Position numbers and translations under genes: made by a program. The notes under the pieces were generated by a model. The model saw only the letters and a list, made by a program, of their open reading frames with translations. It made no database searches and was not told where the DNA came from. A DNA stretch of 64,000 nt from contig CAZRIT010000003.1 of assembly GCA_964600225.1 (NCBI GenBank), forward strand, positions 13,400-77,399, in the 5' to 3' direction. Shown here piece after piece: positions 63,310 to 64,000 of the stretch. Source of the DNA: an uncultured Oscillospiraceae bacterium (GTDB lineage: Bacteria > Bacillota > Clostridia > Christensenellales > CAG-138). Each line of letters opens with the position of its first letter. The first letter of the stretch is position 1.

Positions 63310-63490
63310 ACAAACACCTCCTTTGAATATGGCTTCATATTACATGAGCAGACGGCGGGAAACAACGTTCCACGCATGCGCATATGGAATAGATCCCGCG
63401 GTCTTTCTCGGGTGCGGCGGAATTCGGGCTTCCTAATATGGCAAAACTGTTGTACAATGAAGGGTAATATTGAAAGGAACGGAGCAAACC

Positions 63491-64000
63491 ATGGAAGCCT
63501 ACACGGGCATGGCCGCATTGTACGATGTGTTGATGGCCGATACGGATTACGGTGCGTGGGCAGCGTATCTGATCGGCCTGATGACGAAATTCGGCGTGCC
63601 CAGGGGAGCGATGTTGCTGGAATGCGGCTGCGGCACGGGCAGCATGACGGTGCGGCTGGCGGAACAGGGGTATCGGATCACGGGGTTCGACCGATCCGAG
63701 GATATGCTGCGGGTGGCGGCGCAGGCGGCGCGGCAAAAGGGATTGCAGATTCCGTTTGTCAGGCAGGATATGCGCAGCCTGTCGGCCCATCGGCCCGCCG
63801 ATGCGGTGCTCAGCGTGTGCGACGGGGTCAACTACCTGCTGACGGCCGCGGATGTGGCGGCGTTTTTCGGCGCGGCGGCGGGCGCGCTCAAGGACGGCGG
63901 GCTGCTGCTGTTTGATATTTCCTCCGCGTACAAGCTCTCCGAGGTGCTCGGCAACCGCACCTACGGCGAGGATACGGAGCAGTGCACCTATCTGTGGCTC
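63491..64000 (+). CDS. class I SAM-dependent methyltransferase, 3' end cut by window edge (not in the ORF track because no stop is reached)
   Basis: My own translation is 'MEAYTGMAALYDVLMADTDYGAWAAYLIGLMTKFGVPRGAMLLECGCGTGSMTVRLAEQGYRITGFDRSEDML...GGLLLFDI'. Motif I is 'LECGCGTG'. The frame is open to nt 64000. Confidence 0.75.
   Translation, partial: MEAYTGMAALYDVLMADTDYGAWAAYLIGLMTKFGVPRGAMLLECGCGTGSMTVRLAEQGYRITGFDRSEDMLRVAAQAARQKGLQIPFVRQDMRSLSAHRPADAVLSVCDGVNYLLTAADVAAFFGAAAGALKDGGLLLFDISSAYKLSEVLGNRTYGEDTEQCTYLWL

Noticed and set aside
63121-63915. 264-aa track ORF taken as the gene downstream of the GntR regulator.
   Set aside because: Its translation is Arg/Gly-rich nonsense. The adjacent frame from ATG 63491, which has an SD and the motif 'LECGCGTG', encodes a clean class I methyltransferase that runs off the window.

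Overview
GC-rich Firmicutes chromosome, Clostridia-type endospore-former. The taxon call rests only on gene content and codon style; it looks like an Oscillospiraceae/Ruminococcaceae-like gut anaerobe. No rRNA, tRNA, CRISPR array or transposase was seen. The window is densely coding core genome. Its middle part reproduces the Bacillus subtilis order spoIIIAA-AH / asp23-like / nusB / xseAB / ispA / dxs / tlyA / nadK / argR / recN / spoIVB / spo0A, without accBC and folD.

Other blocks:
- A cobalamin-riboswitch-controlled corrinoid uptake and nucleotide-loop operon (SBP, permease, ATPase, cobT, cobU, cobS, a mini-cobU, cobC).
- deoB-punA.
- scpAB.
- rdgB-yfcE.
- yerC-rqcH.
- rpsT.
- copA.
- CIRCE-groES-groEL.
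- An aconitase-X pair.
- DUF512-der-plsY.
- spoIVA, gpr-spoIIP.
- asd-dapA-dapB.
- An OYE-type flavoenzyme with a GntR regulator.

Most long ORFs in the six-frame track that lie antisense to these genes are Arg/Gly/Ala/His-rich artefacts of high GC.

Things worth a second look:
1. Several sporulation genes are atypical while their neighbours look intact. Spo0A lacks the acidic Mg2+ pocket (DD to GN). The DacB-like PBP has all three catalytic motifs degenerate. spoIIIAB carries a 1-nt frameshift. SpoIIIAF is reduced to a 59-aa membrane hairpin.
2. A lower-GC islet holds a WYL/WCX regulator plus a DUF4160-DUF2442 pair.
3. An orphan beta-class DNA methyltransferase sits behind a FadR-type GntR regulator.
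4. DapB is fused to an aspartokinase-like ACT pair.
5. Several intergenic structure and repeat families:
   - a covarying hairpin repeat at two loci;
   - a 274-bp imperfect palindrome after groEL;
   - duplicated terminators bracketing a structured segment;
   - an attenuator-like twin hairpin before gpr.
6. Several genes have an extended -10 box 6-7 nt from the ATG and no Shine-Dalgarno, making them leaderless-mRNA candidates.

I cannot name a single clear-cut new system. The WYL islet and the repeat/palindrome region are the best leads.
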